DNA of 64,000 nucleotides from an uncultured Thermoleophilia bacterium (lineage in GTDB: Bacteria > Actinomycetota > Thermoleophilia > UBA2241). Numbering within the stretch: position 1 is the first letter of the stretch; every line of letters starts with the position of its first letter. The stretch spans positions 384,001 to 448,000 of the forward strand of contig CAVQSP010000013.1 in NCBI GenBank assembly GCA_963715985.1, read 5' to 3'. The notes under the pieces were generated by a model. That model was not told the DNA's origin, made no database searches, and was given only the letters and a program-made list of their open reading frames with translations. The position numbers were made by a program, and so were the translations under genes. Below, piece by piece: positions 1 to 11,912 of the stretch.

Positions 1-141
1 GCGGCCCTCTCGATCCCCTCGTGCAGGGAGACTCACTACCGCAAGGGCGACGTCCACCGTTCCGCGACGCTTGACTCTTCACGGCGTGCGCGGATGGTGT
101 CTTCATGAGGTCATCAAGTGATTACACTTTGAGGTGACGGA

Positions 142-390
142 GTGCTGCGTACTCAGATCCAGCTCAGTGAGGAGGAAGCGGCCGCCGTCAAGCGCCTGGC
201 GCGCGAGCGCTCGGTATCCATGGCTTCCGTCATTCGCGCCGCCGTCGACCAGTACGTGGAGCGCGAGTCGGTCGAGTCGCTGGATGAACGCTGGCGCCGC
301 TCTCTCGCCGCGCTCGGGGGCTTTCACTCCGGCGTCAAGAACCTCTCTGCCGTGCATGACGACGAGTTCGCGGCGTCCGCTTCGGAGTGA
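142..390 (+). CDS. vapB: Ribbon-helix-helix (CopG-type) antitoxin, VapB family
   Basis: MLRTQIQLSEEE...SMASVIRAAVDQY RHH pattern; overlaps the downstream PIN gene (GTGA); -10 TACACT at 123-128 and GAGGTG RBS. Confidence 0.85.
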   Translation: MLRTQIQLSEEEAAAVKRLARERSVSMASVIRAAVDQYVERESVESLDERWRRSLAALGGFHSGVKNLSAVHDDEFAASASE

Positions 391-788
391 GCGCCTTCGT
401 CGATACGTCGTTGCTCATCGCGCTGCTCGATGACGACGATGAGATGGCGCCGGTCGCGGCTCGCATCTGGCGGGCGGTCGCTGCGGCCGCCACGCCGGTG
501 TGGACGAGCAACTACGTCGTGCTCGAGGCCTGCGCAGTGGTCCAGAGACGTCTGGGGGTGGCGGCGGTGCGCCGCCTGTTGCGCGAGGTCCTCGCACCGG
601 TGACCGTGGACTGGGTCTCTCGAGACGATCACGCGCGCGCCGCGGAGGCACTCCTCCTCGCCGACAGGCGAGGACTGAGCCTCGTGGACTGCACCAGCTT
701 CGAGATGATGCGCCGCCTCGACGTGCGTCGCTGTCTCGCGCTCGACCCGCACTTCTCCGAGCAGGGCTTCGCCGTCCTGGCGGAGTGA
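387..788 (+). CDS. vapC: PIN-domain toxin, VapC family
   Basis: FVDTS...TSNYVVLE...SLVDCTSFEMM...DPHF acidic PIN motifs, 133 aa. Confidence 0.9.
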   Translation: MSAFVDTSLLIALLDDDDEMAPVAARIWRAVAAAATPVWTSNYVVLEACAVVQRRLGVAAVRRLLREVLAPVTVDWVSRDDHARAAEALLLADRRGLSLVDCTSFEMMRRLDVRRCLALDPHFSEQGFAVLAE

Positions 789-838
789 AGCGCGCATGTC
801 TGCCCAGGCCCCGCGCAACGGCCGCTGGGCGGCCGGGG

Positions 839-844
839 TACAAT
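839..844 (+). promoter_or_regulatory. -10 element for the glmS leader
   Basis: TACAAT about 48 nt upstream of the ribozyme core. Confidence 0.55.
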
Positions 845-889
845 AGCCGGGACAGAGCAGACCAGTGGTGCGGACACCCGTCAGCAACC

Positions 890-1050
890 TGAGCGCCTGG
901 CCCGTCGTGGGGCGACCCCGTAGTGTGGCCGCCCGGCGGGTGACGAGGTGGAGGTTCATCGAAAGACTCGGCGGATGCCTCCCGGCCCGGCACGGTCGTC
1001 ATCGAGTCGTCAAAACCCGCTGGTGACGGCGGAACAAAGCGGCTCGAAGG
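890..1050 (+). ncRNA. glmS ribozyme (GlcN6P-activated self-cleaving riboswitch)
   Basis: AGCGCC at 892, P1 stem CCCGTCG(901-907)/CGGCGGG(934-940), GACGAGGTGGAGGTTCATCGAAAGACTCGGCGGATGCCTCCCGG core, P4 with AAAAC...GTGA...ACAAA; directly upstream of glmS. Confidence 0.9.
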
Positions 1051-1101
1051 TGCCGTCCGCACGTTGCCCGTCTGCGCCCTCACAGCGGGAAGGGAGCCCG
1101 C

Positions 1102-2928
<1,827 letters not shown>

Positions 2929-2942
2929 TCGGCACAGCGGGA

Positions 2943-2982
2943 TCATCGACGCCGACCGACGAAGTCGCGGCGGCGTCGATGA
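2943..2982. terminator. Hairpin between convergent genes (probable bidirectional terminator)
   Basis: TCATCGACGCCG / CGGCGTCGATGA 12-bp inverted repeat. Confidence 0.55.
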
Positions 2983-2991
2983 CCTCGGGGG

Positions 2992-3411
2992 TCAGCGCGC
3001 GCGCATGCGGTTGTTGCGCGGGTTGTGCTCGAGCTCCGCGAGCCCGAGCGCCTCGAGCAGGGGCGGCAGGTACATCCCGAAGCGGCCGCGCAGGCCCTTC
3101 TTGAGCCCGTACCAGCCTCCCACCGGGTTGTCCGGCGAGCGGCCCCACGCCTCCACCGTTCCGTCCGCGGCGGTCTTCTGCTCGTCCGCTGCACCGAGGG
3201 GCACCCAATCGCCCTGTTCCCTGAGCCAGGCGTGCAGGTCGTCGATGGCCCGTAGCTGATAGCCGAGCCTTGTCTTGCCCACGACGCAGACGAGCGCCGG
3301 CGGGTCGGCCGACTCGTCGCGGTACATCAGGTACTCCGAGCTCCCGGGCGGCGTTTTGAGCACCCAGGGATCCTCCTGGGTGCCTGAGCCTGTGGCGTTG
3401 ACGTTCGACAT
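2992..3411 (-). CDS. Conserved hypothetical protein (resembles the DUF6855 family)
   Basis: GTQEDPWVLKTPPGSSEY...GGWYGLKKGLRGRFGMYLPP...NNRMRA; good codon usage; family assignment from memory. Confidence 0.7.
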   Translation of the reverse strand: MSNVNATGSGTQEDPWVLKTPPGSSEYLMYRDESADPPALVCVVGKTRLGYQLRAIDDLHAWLREQGDWVPLGAADEQKTAADGTVEAWGRSPDNPVGGWYGLKKGLRGRFGMYLPPLLEALGLAELEHNPRNNRMRAR

Positions 3412-3533
3412 CGCGTGGACCTTCGCTTTCTGGAGGGCTCCCGGGTGGGATGTACCCGGCAGCCGGGCCGGCCCAAGCGTCGGCCCGGGCCCTGCGCGGC
3501 GTGGACGGAGGCGCGGGCGGATAGAATGGCGGC

Positions 3534-3974
3534 GTGAGTGACCAGCGTACAGAGCGGGCGGGCGGCGGCTTCCCGCACATCCCGCCGGCCGGGCTGCTCT
3601 TCGGGCTGGGCATCGACGTCATCGAGGCCGACCGCATCAGGCGGCTGCTCGAACATCTGCCGCGTGCCTACGAGCGGCTCTTCAGTGAACAGGAGCGCGC
3701 CTACTGCGACCGGTTCTCGGACCGCTGGTCGCACTACGCGGCGCGCTTCGCCGCCAAGGAGGCGGTGGGCAAGGCTCTGGGAATCGGTATCATCGGGTTC
3801 GTGTGGCGTGACGTCGAAGTGCTCTCGGGAGGCAAGCCGCTCATCGCCCTGCATGGCGATGTGGCGCGCATCGCGGGACGACTCGGCGTGACGCGTGTGG
3901 AAGTCTCGCTGAGTCACACCGGCGGCGTGGCCTACGCTGTGGCCGCCGCCCTCAAGGAGGAAGCGCATGGATGA
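3534..3974 (+). CDS. acpS: Holo-ACP synthase
   Basis: GLGIDVIE, ARFAAKEAVGKALG, VSLSH; TAGAAT 6 nt before GTG (leaderless). Confidence 0.95.
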   Translation: MSDQRTERAGGGFPHIPPAGLLFGLGIDVIEADRIRRLLEHLPRAYERLFSEQERAYCDRFSDRWSHYAARFAAKEAVGKALGIGIIGFVWRDVEVLSGGKPLIALHGDVARIAGRLGVTRVEVSLSHTGGVAYAVAAALKEEAHG

Positions 3975-5547
3975 GTCGCTGCTGCTGCCGCTCTACTCGG
4001 CCGACGGCATGCGCACCGTGGACGACACCGCCATCCACGGCGTCGGCATCCCCGGCGGCCACCTCATGGAGCGTGCCGGTCTCGCCGTGGCCACGGAGAT
4101 CTTCGAGAGGTTCGACCCGGACGAAGCCGTGGTGTTCGCCGGCAAGGGCAACAACGGCGGTGACGGCTTCGTCGTGGCTCGCGAGCTCTTCAACGCCGGT
4201 GTGGAAGTGACGGTGTTCGTGCTGGCGGCGCCGGCCGAGTACACGGGCGACGCCGCCCTCAACCTGCACGTGCTCGAGCAGCTCGGCGTGGACGTGCTGC
4301 CCGCCGTGAACGACGACGGCGACCTGCACGAGGGCGTCGGCGCCCTCACCGAGATGGCCGACGTGGTGGTGGACGCCATCTTCGGCACCGGCTTCACCGG
4401 CGCGGCCAAGGGCCCCGCCGCCCTGGCGATCGAGCTCATCAACGAGGCGCCCGGCGCCGTGGTGAGCGTGGACATCGCCAGCGGGGTGGGGGCCGCCGCC
4501 GGCGCCGTGCACGGACCGGCGGTGCTGGCCGACGTCACCGTGGCGCTGCACGCGGCCAAGGCCGGCCACTTCATCACTCCCGGCGGCGCCTTCAGCGGCG
4601 AGGTCGTGGTGGTGCCCATCGGCATCCCGCCGCTCTGCGACCACGACACCGACACGTGGCTGCTCACAGAGGAGGGCGTGGCCGAGCTCGTCGTGCCCAA
4701 GAGCGCGCTCGACCACAAGCGCTCGGTGGGCACCGTGCTGGTCGTAGGCGGTTCGCGCGGCATGACCGGCGCCGCCCACATGGCCGCCATGGCGGCGCTG
4801 CGTGCCGGGGCGGGGCTGGTGCACGCCGCCCTGCCGCAAGGGGCGGGCGGCGGGAATCCCTTCCCCGAGGTCATCACGGTCGAGGTGCCGGGCGACGACG
4901 GGCAGTACTCGGCAGACGCGCGCGAGGCGCTCTTCGCGCAGGCGGAGGGGCTCAGGGCCGTGGCCGTGGGGCCCGGCCTGGGGCGAGCGGACGAGGCGCG
5001 GCTGCTCGTGCACGAGCTGCTCGGCGTCGACCGGCCCCTGCTGCTCGACGCCGACGGCCTCTACGCGCTCGGCGACAAGATGGAGCTGCTGGCCGAGCGG
5101 CACATGCCGACGGTCATCACGCCGCACGAGGGCGAGCTGGGCCGTCTCATCGGCCGCCCGGCGGCCGAGGTCGCGGCCCAGCGCCTCGAGTGCGCCCGGT
5201 CCGCCGCGAAGCGGGCCGACGCGACCGTCGTGCTCAAGGGCGAGGCGACCATCGTCGCCGATCCGTCGGGGCGGGCCTACGTGGTCCCGACCGGCAACCC
5301 GGGCCTCGCCACGCCGGGCACCGGCGACGTGCTCAGCGGCGCCATCGTGGCGCAGCTGGCCAAGGGCCTCAGCGCCACCGAGGCGGCCTGTCTGGGCGCC
5401 TATCTGCACGGCCTCGCCGCCGACCTGGCCGCCGAGCAGGCGGTCGGCACCGAGGGCATGGTGGCCGGCGACGTCATCCAGTTCCTGCCGGCCGCCGTGG
5501 AGCGGCTCAAGGCCGGCCCAGAGGAGGAGGGGCATGAGCACCACTGA
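3967..5547 (+). CDS. nnr: Bifunctional NAD(P)HX epimerase/dehydratase
   Basis: LMERAG, GKGNNGGDG, DAIFGTG, GPGLG, DADGL, TPHEGE, GTGDVL. Confidence 0.95.
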   Translation: MDESLLLPLYSADGMRTVDDTAIHGVGIPGGHLMERAGLAVATEIFERFDPDEAVVFAGKGNNGGDGFVVARELFNAGVEVTVFVLAAPAEYTGDAALNLHVLEQLGVDVLPAVNDDGDLHEGVGALTEMADVVVDAIFGTGFTGAAKGPAALAIELINEAPGAVVSVDIASGVGAAAGAVHGPAVLADVTVALHAAKAGHFITPGGAFSGEVVVVPIGIPPLCDHDTDTWLLTEEGVAELVVPKSALDHKRSVGTVLVVGGSRGMTGAAHMAAMAALRAGAGLVHAALPQGAGGGNPFPEVITVEVPGDDGQYSADAREALFAQAEGLRAVAVGPGLGRADEARLLVHELLGVDRPLLLDADGLYALGDKMELLAERHMPTVITPHEGELGRLIGRPAAEVAAQRLECARSAAKRADATVVLKGEATIVADPSGRAYVVPTGNPGLATPGTGDVLSGAIVAQLAKGLSATEAACLGAYLHGLAADLAAEQAVGTEGMVAGDVIQFLPAAVERLKAGPEEEGHEHH

Positions 5548-6019
5548 CACGCCGGCCGAGGGCGAGGCCCTCGCCCGCGACATCATGACCGCGCCCGTCA
5601 TCACGGTCGGACCAGACCTCACCGTCAAGGACCTCGCCGCCCTCTTTCGCGAGAAGCGCATCGGCGGCGTCCCCGTGGTCAGCGACGGCAAGCTCGTCGG
5701 CATCGTCACCGAGGGCGACCTCATGGCCCTGGACGCGGACATCCAGTTCCCGCACTGGTTCGAGCTCTTCGACAGCATCATCTACCTGGGCAGCCAGAAG
5801 AAGTTCAAGGAGCAGCTGGAGAAGGCGGCGGCCGCCAACGTGGAGCAGCTGATGACGCACCGCGACAAGGTGGAGACCGTGGGCCCGGACGAACCGGCAC
5901 GCACGGCCGCCACGCTGATGTCGAAGCACCATTTCGACCGCGTGCCGGTGGTCGACGAGGACGACACGCTCGTGGGCCTCATCACGCGGCACGACATCAT
6001 GAAGCTCATCGGCCTCTGA
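5534..6019 (+). CDS. Tandem CBS-domain protein
   Basis: ARDIMT...GGVPVV..GKLVGIVTEGDL and RVPVVD..LVGLITRHDI; GGAGG RBS, ATG at 5534. Confidence 0.9.
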   Translation: MSTTDTPAEGEALARDIMTAPVITVGPDLTVKDLAALFREKRIGGVPVVSDGKLVGIVTEGDLMALDADIQFPHWFELFDSIIYLGSQKKFKEQLEKAAAANVEQLMTHRDKVETVGPDEPARTAATLMSKHHFDRVPVVDEDDTLVGLITRHDIMKLIGL

Positions 6020-6020
6020 G

Positions 6021-7204
6021 ATGCTGCAGGGCTGCGAGCGAGCCCTGGCGGAGGTGGACCTCTCCGCCATCCGTCACAACGTCCGCAGGCTGAGGCGCGA
6101 TCTCGCGCCCGGCGCCGTGCTGTGCGCCGTGGTCAAGGCCAACGGCTACGGGCACGGCGCCGTGCCCGTAGCGACGGCGGCTCTCGAGGCCGGCGCCACG
6201 TGGCTGGGCGTGGCCGCTGCGGCCGAGGTCGAGGAGTTGCGCGCCGCCGGCCTCACGGCACCGGTGCTGGCGTTCGGGCCCATGACCGGCGCCGACCTGG
6301 AGCGGGCGGTGGCAGCCGGCGCCGACGTCGTGGTGTGGTCGAGCGCCTTCCTGGCCGCAGCGCGCCGCGCCGGAGCGCGCGTGCACGTCAAGTTCGACAG
6401 CGGCATGGGGAGGCTCGGCGTGCCCGAGGAGGAGACGCGCGTGCTCTGCGCCCGGGCCGCCGAGGACGGGCTCCTCGCGGGCCTCATGAGCCACTTCGCC
6501 ACCGCCGACGAGGCCGACACCGCGTTCTTCGAGCGCCAGCTGGAGCGGTTCAGCGGCGCTGGCCGCCGAGCTCGAAGAAGGTCTACCCGCACCTCCTCTG
6601 TCACACGGCCAACAGCGCGGCGGTGCTGCGCGGGCCGCGCGCCCATTTCGACATGGTACGCACGGGCATCGCCATGTATGGCCTGGCGCCGTCCAACGAC
6701 GACCCGTTCAAGGACGACCTGCGGCCGGCGATGAAGCTGAGCTCCTACGTGGCCGGGGTGCGTGTGGTGCGCCCGGGCCAGTCAGTCGGCTACGGACGGC
6801 GCTTCATCGCCGACGAGCCCACGCGGATCGGCATCGTGCCCATCGGCTACGCCGACGGCGTCCGCCGCGCGCTCACCGACCGCGGCGACGTGCTGGTCGC
6901 CGGGCGCCGCTGCCGCATCACCGGCACCGTGAGCATGGACCAGCTCACCGTGCGCCTGCCTGGGGACTGGGGCAAGCCCGGCGACGAGGTCGTGTTCTTC
7001 GGTGCGGCAGGTGACGGCGGCCGGGCCGGGATCGAGGCGCCCAACGGCGCCGGTGGACCCGGCCCTCGCGCCGACGAGCCCGGCGTCCCGCGCATCCTCT
7101 GCGAGGAGGTCGCCCGGCTGCTCGAGACCATCAACTACGAGGTCGCCTGCGACGTGGCGCCGCGGGTCGTGCGCCGCTACCGCGGCGCCGACCCCGCGGC
7201 CTGA
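6021..7204 (+). CDS. alr: Alanine racemase (apparent +1 insertions near 6555 and 6575)
   Basis: AVVKANGYGHG, DSGMGRLG, SHFATAD in the first frame; HTANSAA, VGYG, PIGYADG, VSMDQ, TINYE in the second. Confidence 0.9.
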
Positions 7205-7211
7205 CGTCGCC

Positions 7212-8681
7212 GTGAGCGACCCCTCCGACGTGATGAGCCGTCAGGCCCCGTCCCCCGACGAGGTGACGGCCGCCGCGCGTGCGAGTCTGGCGCCGGACGA
7301 GGCCGGCTGGCTGGTGGGCGGCTGCTTGCGTGACGAGCTCCTCGGCCAGCCGTCGGGCGACGTGGACATCGTCGTCGACGGCGACGCCACCCGTTTCTCG
7401 CGGGAGCTGGCCGACCGCCTCGGCGGCCCCGTGTTCGCCTCGTCGGACGCCTTCGGCACCTGGCGCATCCTCGTGGGCGGCGCGCACGTCGACGTGGCGC
7501 CGCTGCGCGCGGCTCCCGGCGCCGCCCCAGAGCCCGTCTCCTCCGGTCCCGAGGAGCGCGCCGCGCGCCTCGAGGCCGACCTGCGTACCCGCGACTTCAC
7601 GGTGGACGCCATCGCCCGCCCGCTGGGCGGAGGCGAGCTCGCCGACCCGCTGCGCGGTCAGCACGACCTCGCCGCGCGGCGCCTGCGGCTGTGCTCGCCG
7701 GCCGCCTTCGAGGACGATCCGCTGCGCGTGCTGCGCCTCGCGCGCCTCGCGCGCACCTACGAACTTGTGCCCGACGCCGCCGCGACCGAGGCTGTGGTGC
7801 GAGCGGCGCCGCTGCTCGCGCGTGTGAGCGGCGAGCGGGTCAGGGACGAGCTCTCCGCCATCCTCGCCGGCCGCTCCGCCGCTGTGACCTTCCGCGACCT
7901 GGCCGTGTGGGGAGCGCTGGCCGTGGTCCTCCCCGAGGTGGACCGCCTGCGCGGCGTCGGGCAGAACCCGTACCACCACCTCGACGTCTTCGAACACACG
8001 CTGGAGGCGCTCACCTTCGTGCGCGGGGTTGTGGCGCAGCTCGGTGGCGAGGGGCACCTGACGTCTCCCGAGGATGCCGGTCTGCCCGGCGTGGCCCCGC
8101 TGGTGCCGGTCGCGTGGGCCGTGCTGCTGCACGACATCGGCAAGCCCGAGGTCAAGGTCGTGGACGAGGAAGGGCGCATCATCTTCTGGCACCACGACGA
8201 GGTCGGCCGCCGCATGACCGGCGAGATCGCCGCGCGCCTGCGCATGAGCAACCGCTTCGCCCTGTACCTGGGCACGCTGGTCCGCCAGCACCTGCGCCTC
8301 GGCTTCCTCATCCGTGAGCACCCCCTCACGCGGCGAGCGCTGGCCCGCTACCGCCGCGACGTGAGCCCCTGGGTGTTCGAGTCGGTGGTCGTCTCGCTCT
8401 GCGACCGGCTGGCCACGCGCGGCGAGAAGACCCCTCCCACGTCCATGGCCCGGCACTACCGCGTGGCGCGTTCCGTGTGGACGGCGGTGAGCAAGGCGCC
8501 GGTGCCGCAGCTGCTCAGCGGCGACGACGTCATGGAGGTCCTCGGCATCGAGCCGGGGCCGGCCGTGGGCCAGGCGCTGGACGCGCTGGAGGAAGAGGTG
8601 GAGGCCGGTGAGGTGCGTAGCAGGGACGAGGCGCGCGCCTTCCTGCTCGCCTGGTGGGAGCGCGAGGGAGAGGAGGCCTGA
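7212..8681 (+). CDS. Class II tRNA nucleotidyltransferase/poly(A) polymerase family protein with HD domain
   Basis: VGGCLRD..DVD, RDFTVDAIA, DDPLRVLR, QNPYHHLDVFEHT, LLHDIGKP. Confidence 0.9.
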   Translation: MSDPSDVMSRQAPSPDEVTAAARASLAPDEAGWLVGGCLRDELLGQPSGDVDIVVDGDATRFSRELADRLGGPVFASSDAFGTWRILVGGAHVDVAPLRAAPGAAPEPVSSGPEERAARLEADLRTRDFTVDAIARPLGGGELADPLRGQHDLAARRLRLCSPAAFEDDPLRVLRLARLARTYELVPDAAATEAVVRAAPLLARVSGERVRDELSAILAGRSAAVTFRDLAVWGALAVVLPEVDRLRGVGQNPYHHLDVFEHTLEALTFVRGVVAQLGGEGHLTSPEDAGLPGVAPLVPVAWAVLLHDIGKPEVKVVDEEGRIIFWHHDEVGRRMTGEIAARLRMSNRFALYLGTLVRQHLRLGFLIREHPLTRRALARYRRDVSPWVFESVVVSLCDRLATRGEKTPPTSMARHYRVARSVWTAVSKAPVPQLLSGDDVMEVLGIEPGPAVGQALDALEEEVEAGEVRSRDEARAFLLAWWEREGEEA

Positions 8682-9682
8682 TGCCGGAACTGCCGGAGGT
8701 CGAGACCGTGCGCCGCCGGCTGCTCACCTGCCTGCCGGGGCTGCTGGTGCGCGACGTGGTCGTGAACGACGCGACGGTGAGCGGGCAGGGCGAGGCGGAG
8801 CTTCGCGCCCTGCTCGCCGGCCGTCGCGTCACAGGGCTGCGGCGGCGCGGCAAGCACCTGATCGTCGACCTCGGCGCGCCGGAGCCGGAGGCGGGCGCCG
8901 GCGGAGGCGCGCCGGAGCTGGGGCCGGGCGCCGCCGGAGGCGCGTCGGCAGGCGCAGGTGTGGCGGCCGGCGGCCCCACCGTCGCCGTCGTCCACCTGCG
9001 CATGACCGGGCAGCTGCTCTTTCGTCCGGAGCCGGGCGAGCGGCCGCCGCGCTGGGTGTGGAAGCTGGACCCGGACACGGAGCTCCACTTCCAGGACGTG
9101 CGACGCTTCGGCACGCTGTGCGCGTTCCCGCCCGAGGCCGAGGAGGCCTTCTTCGCGGCCATGGGTCCCGAGCCGTTCTCGCCCGCCTTCGACGTGATCT
9201 ACCTGCGCGGCGCCATGCAAGGGCGGCGGGCGCCGCTCAAGTCGTTCCTGCTCGACCAGCGCACCGTCGCCGGTGTGGGCAACATCTACGCCGACGAGGC
9301 GCTCTTCCGCGCGCGGCTGCATCCGCTGCGCGCCGCCGGAAGCGTCGGGCCGCGTGAGGCGCAGCGCCTGCACGCGGCCCTGCTCGAGACCCTGCAGGCC
9401 GGCATCGATCACGAGGGCTCGTCGATAGAGAGCTTCGTCGACCCGGCCGGGCAGCGCGGGAGCTTCCAGGAGATCCTCAGCGTGTACCAGCGCACCGGCG
9501 AGCCTTGCCGGGTCTGCGGCGCCCCCGTGCTTCGGATCGAGGTCGGCGGGCGCGGCACGCACTACTGCCCCTCGTGCCAGCCGCGCCGCGGCGGCATGTC
9601 GCCGGGCTCACGGCGGCTGCGCGGCAGCGCCGTGCCGCCGCGCGGCGGCAAGCCCGCCGACTGGGAGGCTCCGGACCGGTGA
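8681..9682 (+). CDS. mutM: Formamidopyrimidine-DNA glycosylase
   Basis: MPELPEVET, RRGK, HLRMTG, GVGNIYADE, C-terminal CxxC...CxxC zinc finger. Confidence 0.97.
   Translation: MPELPEVETVRRRLLTCLPGLLVRDVVVNDATVSGQGEAELRALLAGRRVTGLRRRGKHLIVDLGAPEPEAGAGGGAPELGPGAAGGASAGAGVAAGGPTVAVVHLRMTGQLLFRPEPGERPPRWVWKLDPDTELHFQDVRRFGTLCAFPPEAEEAFFAAMGPEPFSPAFDVIYLRGAMQGRRAPLKSFLLDQRTVAGVGNIYADEALFRARLHPLRAAGSVGPREAQRLHAALLETLQAGIDHEGSSIESFVDPAGQRGSFQEILSVYQRTGEPCRVCGAPVLRIEVGGRGTHYCPSCQPRRGGMSPGSRRLRGSAVPPRGGKPADWEAPDR
8873..8971 (+). repeat. Three degenerate in-frame 33-nt tandem repeats inside mutM
   Basis: Units starting 8873, 8906 and 8939 encode GAPEPEAGAGG / GAPELGPGAAG / GASAGAGVAAG. Confidence 0.7.
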
Positions 9683-9752
9683 GCCGGAGAGCGTCCGGGT
9701 CGGGTCCGACCGCGGTACCGGCCGGCTCCGGCCCCGGGTCGCCGCGCCGCCC

Positions 9753-10218
9753 ATGATGGGCACCACCGGCTCACCGCCGCTCTACATCGTCCTCACGTTC
9801 GTGCCGCGGCGGACCGTCGTCACGGTCGGCGAGAAGGGTCCCCTCGAGTTCCCGCGCGGTTGGTACGCCTACGTGGGCAGCGCCGTGCGCGCGCGGGAGG
9901 CGCGCGTGGCGCGGCACCTGGCGGCCGAGAAGCCGCTGCGCTGGCACGCGGACTACCTCTCGACGGCCATCCGGCCGCGGGCGGCCTGGCTCGTGGACGG
10001 CGCCCGCGGCGAGTGCGACCTCGCCGGCGCCCTGGCGGGCGCTGCCCGGCGCGGAGCGCCGCCCGCCCCGCTTCGGCGCCGGCGACTGCCGCTGCCCCGG
10101 TCATCTCGTGCGCTTCGCGCGCCGGCCCTTGCGCCGCGACCTGGCGGCCGCGGCGCACGCCGCCGGCGCGCCCGTCTCAGGCGCCGTACGGCGCTTCAGG
10201 ACCCGCCCCGCCGTCTAG
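9753..10218 (+). CDS. GIY-YIG (Uri superfamily, DUF123-type) nuclease, frameshifted near 10050-10070
   Basis: GWYAYVGSA, RVARH, RWHADYL, ECDLA, then FGAGDCRCPGHL in another frame; stop TAG 10216-10218. Confidence 0.8.
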
Positions 10219-10297
10219 CGGCGCCGTCCGCCCGGGACGGCGGCGATGCAGCCGGTGGCCGCTCCGTGAGGCCGTCCAGCCGAGGGCACACCTCGGT

Positions 10298-10573
10298 TCA
10301 GCGTCCGAACACCCGCCTCAGAAGGCCGCGCAAGCCGCCGGCTCCAGCGGGTGCCTCGCCGCTCCCGTCTTCCTCCATCGCGTGGCTCCGCCACGATCGG
10401 TCCTCGCGGACCTGGATGCCCTCGTCGCCGTGGCTGCTGAGGGCGGAAGCCGACAGCCGTGGCCCGGCGGCGCCCATCCCCACGGCGCCGCTCAGGTACG
10501 TGTCGTCGAGGAGTCGCTCCGACTTCTCGCCCGCCTCCTCCGCGCGGTGCAGCTGGGGGTACTCGTCGCTCAT
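10298..10573 (-). CDS. Small hypothetical protein (MSDEYPQL..., 91 aa)
   Basis: ATG 5 nt after the hps stop; fills the gap in the minus-strand operon. Confidence 0.45.
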   Translation of the reverse strand: MSDEYPQLHRAEEAGEKSERLLDDTYLSGAVGMGAAGPRLSASALSSHGDEGIQVREDRSWRSHAMEEDGSGEAPAGAGGLRGLLRRVFGR

Positions 10574-10578
10574 CGCCC

Positions 10579-11912
10579 TTACCGCGCCTTCTCCCACTTC
10601 TGCAGATAGGCGACCTCGGCCAGCGTCCTGCCGGCGTCGATCTCGCCGCGCATGCGGTTCTCCTTCTCGAGCACGTCCATGGCGCGGTTGGCGAGCTCCA
10701 CGGCCTGCTCCTTGGGGAGCACCATCACGCCGTCGTCGTCGCCCACGATCCAGTCGCCGGGACGCACCGTCTGGCCCGAGATCACGATGGGCACGCCGAT
10801 CTCGCCGAAGCCCTTGGGCTCGCCGGCGTTGGCGCAGACCTTGCTGCTGAAGGCGGGGAAGCCGAGGCGCGCGATCTCCGGTGTGTCGCGGATCGCTCCC
10901 CACACGACGAGGCCGGCCAGGCCCTTGACCATGGCGCTGTGCGTGGCCAGCTCGCCCCACATGGCCGGCGTGGCGTCGCAGGCGTCGATGACGAGCACGT
11001 CGCCCGGCTTGCAGTGATCGATCGCCTCGACGGGCTTGGCCCAGTCGCCGGCGTACGTGCGCACGGTGACGGCCGGGCCGCACATGTGTGCGCCCGGCAG
11101 CAGCGGCTTGATGCCCGGCAGGCTCGGCTGGCGGTGCCAGGCGTCGCTCACGTTGGCCGTCGAGACCTGATCGAGCACGGTGCGGATGTCGGCCACGCCG
11201 GCGCGCTTGTAGAGAGTGGTCTCGATGCAGACGCGCTCGTCCACAGCGCGGCGGATCTCGACCGTCGCGGCGGTGGCGTCGGCCGACTTGATGATGGCGC
11301 CGCCCACCACCACGATGCCGGCACCGGCATCCACGGCCGCGGCCGCCGTCTCGCTGTTGATGCCGCCGGCCACCGAGACGGGGATGACGACCGCCTCGGC
11401 CACGGCCCGAGCGTGTCGAACGGCGCCTCGCCGCGCATCTGCTGGTCGATGGCCGTGTGGATGCCGATGTAGTCGGCGCCGAGCTCCTGGGCGCGCTTCG
11501 CGCGCGCCACGGGGTCGGCGACCTCGATCATGTCGACGATGAGTTGACAGCCGTAGTTGCGCGCCGCCTCGGCGCACTCCTTGATGGTGCTGTCGGACGC
11601 GGCGCCGAGCACGCCCACCACGCCGGCGCCGGCCTTGGCCGCGTACTCCACCTCGGTGCGGCCGGCGTCCATGGTCTTCATGTCGGCGACGATGGTCTTG
11701 TCCGGGAACGCGGCCTTCAGGGCCCTGACGGCGTTCAGGCCCTCGGCCTTGATCAGCGGCGTGCCGGCCTCGATCCAGTCGGCGCCGCCGGCGACGGCCT
11801 CGCGCGCCACCTCGAGGGCGCGCGGCAGGTCGACGAAGTCGAGCGCGACCTGCAGGATGGGGCGCGGCCGGCTGGGGTCGGCGCCCGGCGCGCAGGCGGC
11901 CTCGTTCCTCAT
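10579..11912 (-). CDS. hxlA: 3-hexulose-6-phosphate synthase fused to an RraA/MenG-like domain (frameshift near 11410)
   Basis: LQVALD, IEAGTPLIKAEG, VADMKTMDAG, VAGGIN; C-terminal STANVSDA, GDVLVID, WGEL, GAIRD, GDWIVGDDDGV. Confidence 0.9.

Noticed and set aside
6021-11912. Programmed frameshifting or pseudogenisation of alr, the DUF123 nuclease and hps
   Set aside because: No slippery heptamers or stops, alr is normally essential, and similar indels occur throughout the window; sequencing error is more parsimonious
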